Assembly: GCA_963781585.1 (NCBI GenBank)
Contig: CAWAGQ010000007.1
Coordinates: 422,886-486,885 of the forward strand
Origin: an uncultured Gemmatimonadaceae bacterium
GTDB taxonomy: Bacteria > Gemmatimonadota > Gemmatimonadetes > Gemmatimonadales > Gemmatimonadaceae
DNA: 64,000 nucleotides
Direction of reading: 5' to 3'
Shown here: positions 63,947 to 64,000 of the stretch, one piece after another
How positions within the stretch are numbered: position 1 is the stretch's first letter
Layout of the letters: each line of letters opens with the position of its first letter
Notes under the pieces: generated by a model
Database searches by the model: none
Told to the model about the DNA's origin: nothing
What the model saw: the letters and a program-made list of their open reading frames with translations, nothing else
Position numbers and translations under genes: made by a program

Positions 63947-64000
63947 GGGGCACCCGTGAGTCGGAGACGCGGACCATCCGCGCCAGGCGTGGTGGTACGG

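Overview
High-GC bacterial genomic DNA. The gene content suggests Gemmatimonadota or a related lineage (inference only). Several genes carry 1-bp frameshifts that look like assembly or consensus errors, worst at about 41-45 kb. Main modules: (1) gdhA followed by a receiver/PEP-pyruvate-binding protein; (2) a clade II nitrous oxide reductase cluster (lipoprotein cytochrome c, lipoprotein-type nosZ, nosD, nosF, nosY, nosB-like; no nosL or nosR here); (3) a ~9 kb pair of convergent operons encoding a Rieske-fold protein that has lost all four [2Fe-2S] ligands, a b6-type cytochrome b lacking the PEWY motif, four multiheme c cytochromes (9+22+12+11 = 54 heme-binding motifs) and a split CbcL-like cytochrome b/c pair, bracketed by a duplicated 3' end of a CocE/NonD hydrolase gene; (4) a defence-like island with an unrecognised three-gene GHKL-ATPase operon in front of an HTH-Dcm/Vsr/EcoRII-type restriction-modification system; (5) an FHA-TM-lytic transglycosylase, several orphan ADOP-type ABC permeases, hydrolases and many gene remnants. 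No rRNA, tRNA, CRISPR array, integrase or transposase was recognised.
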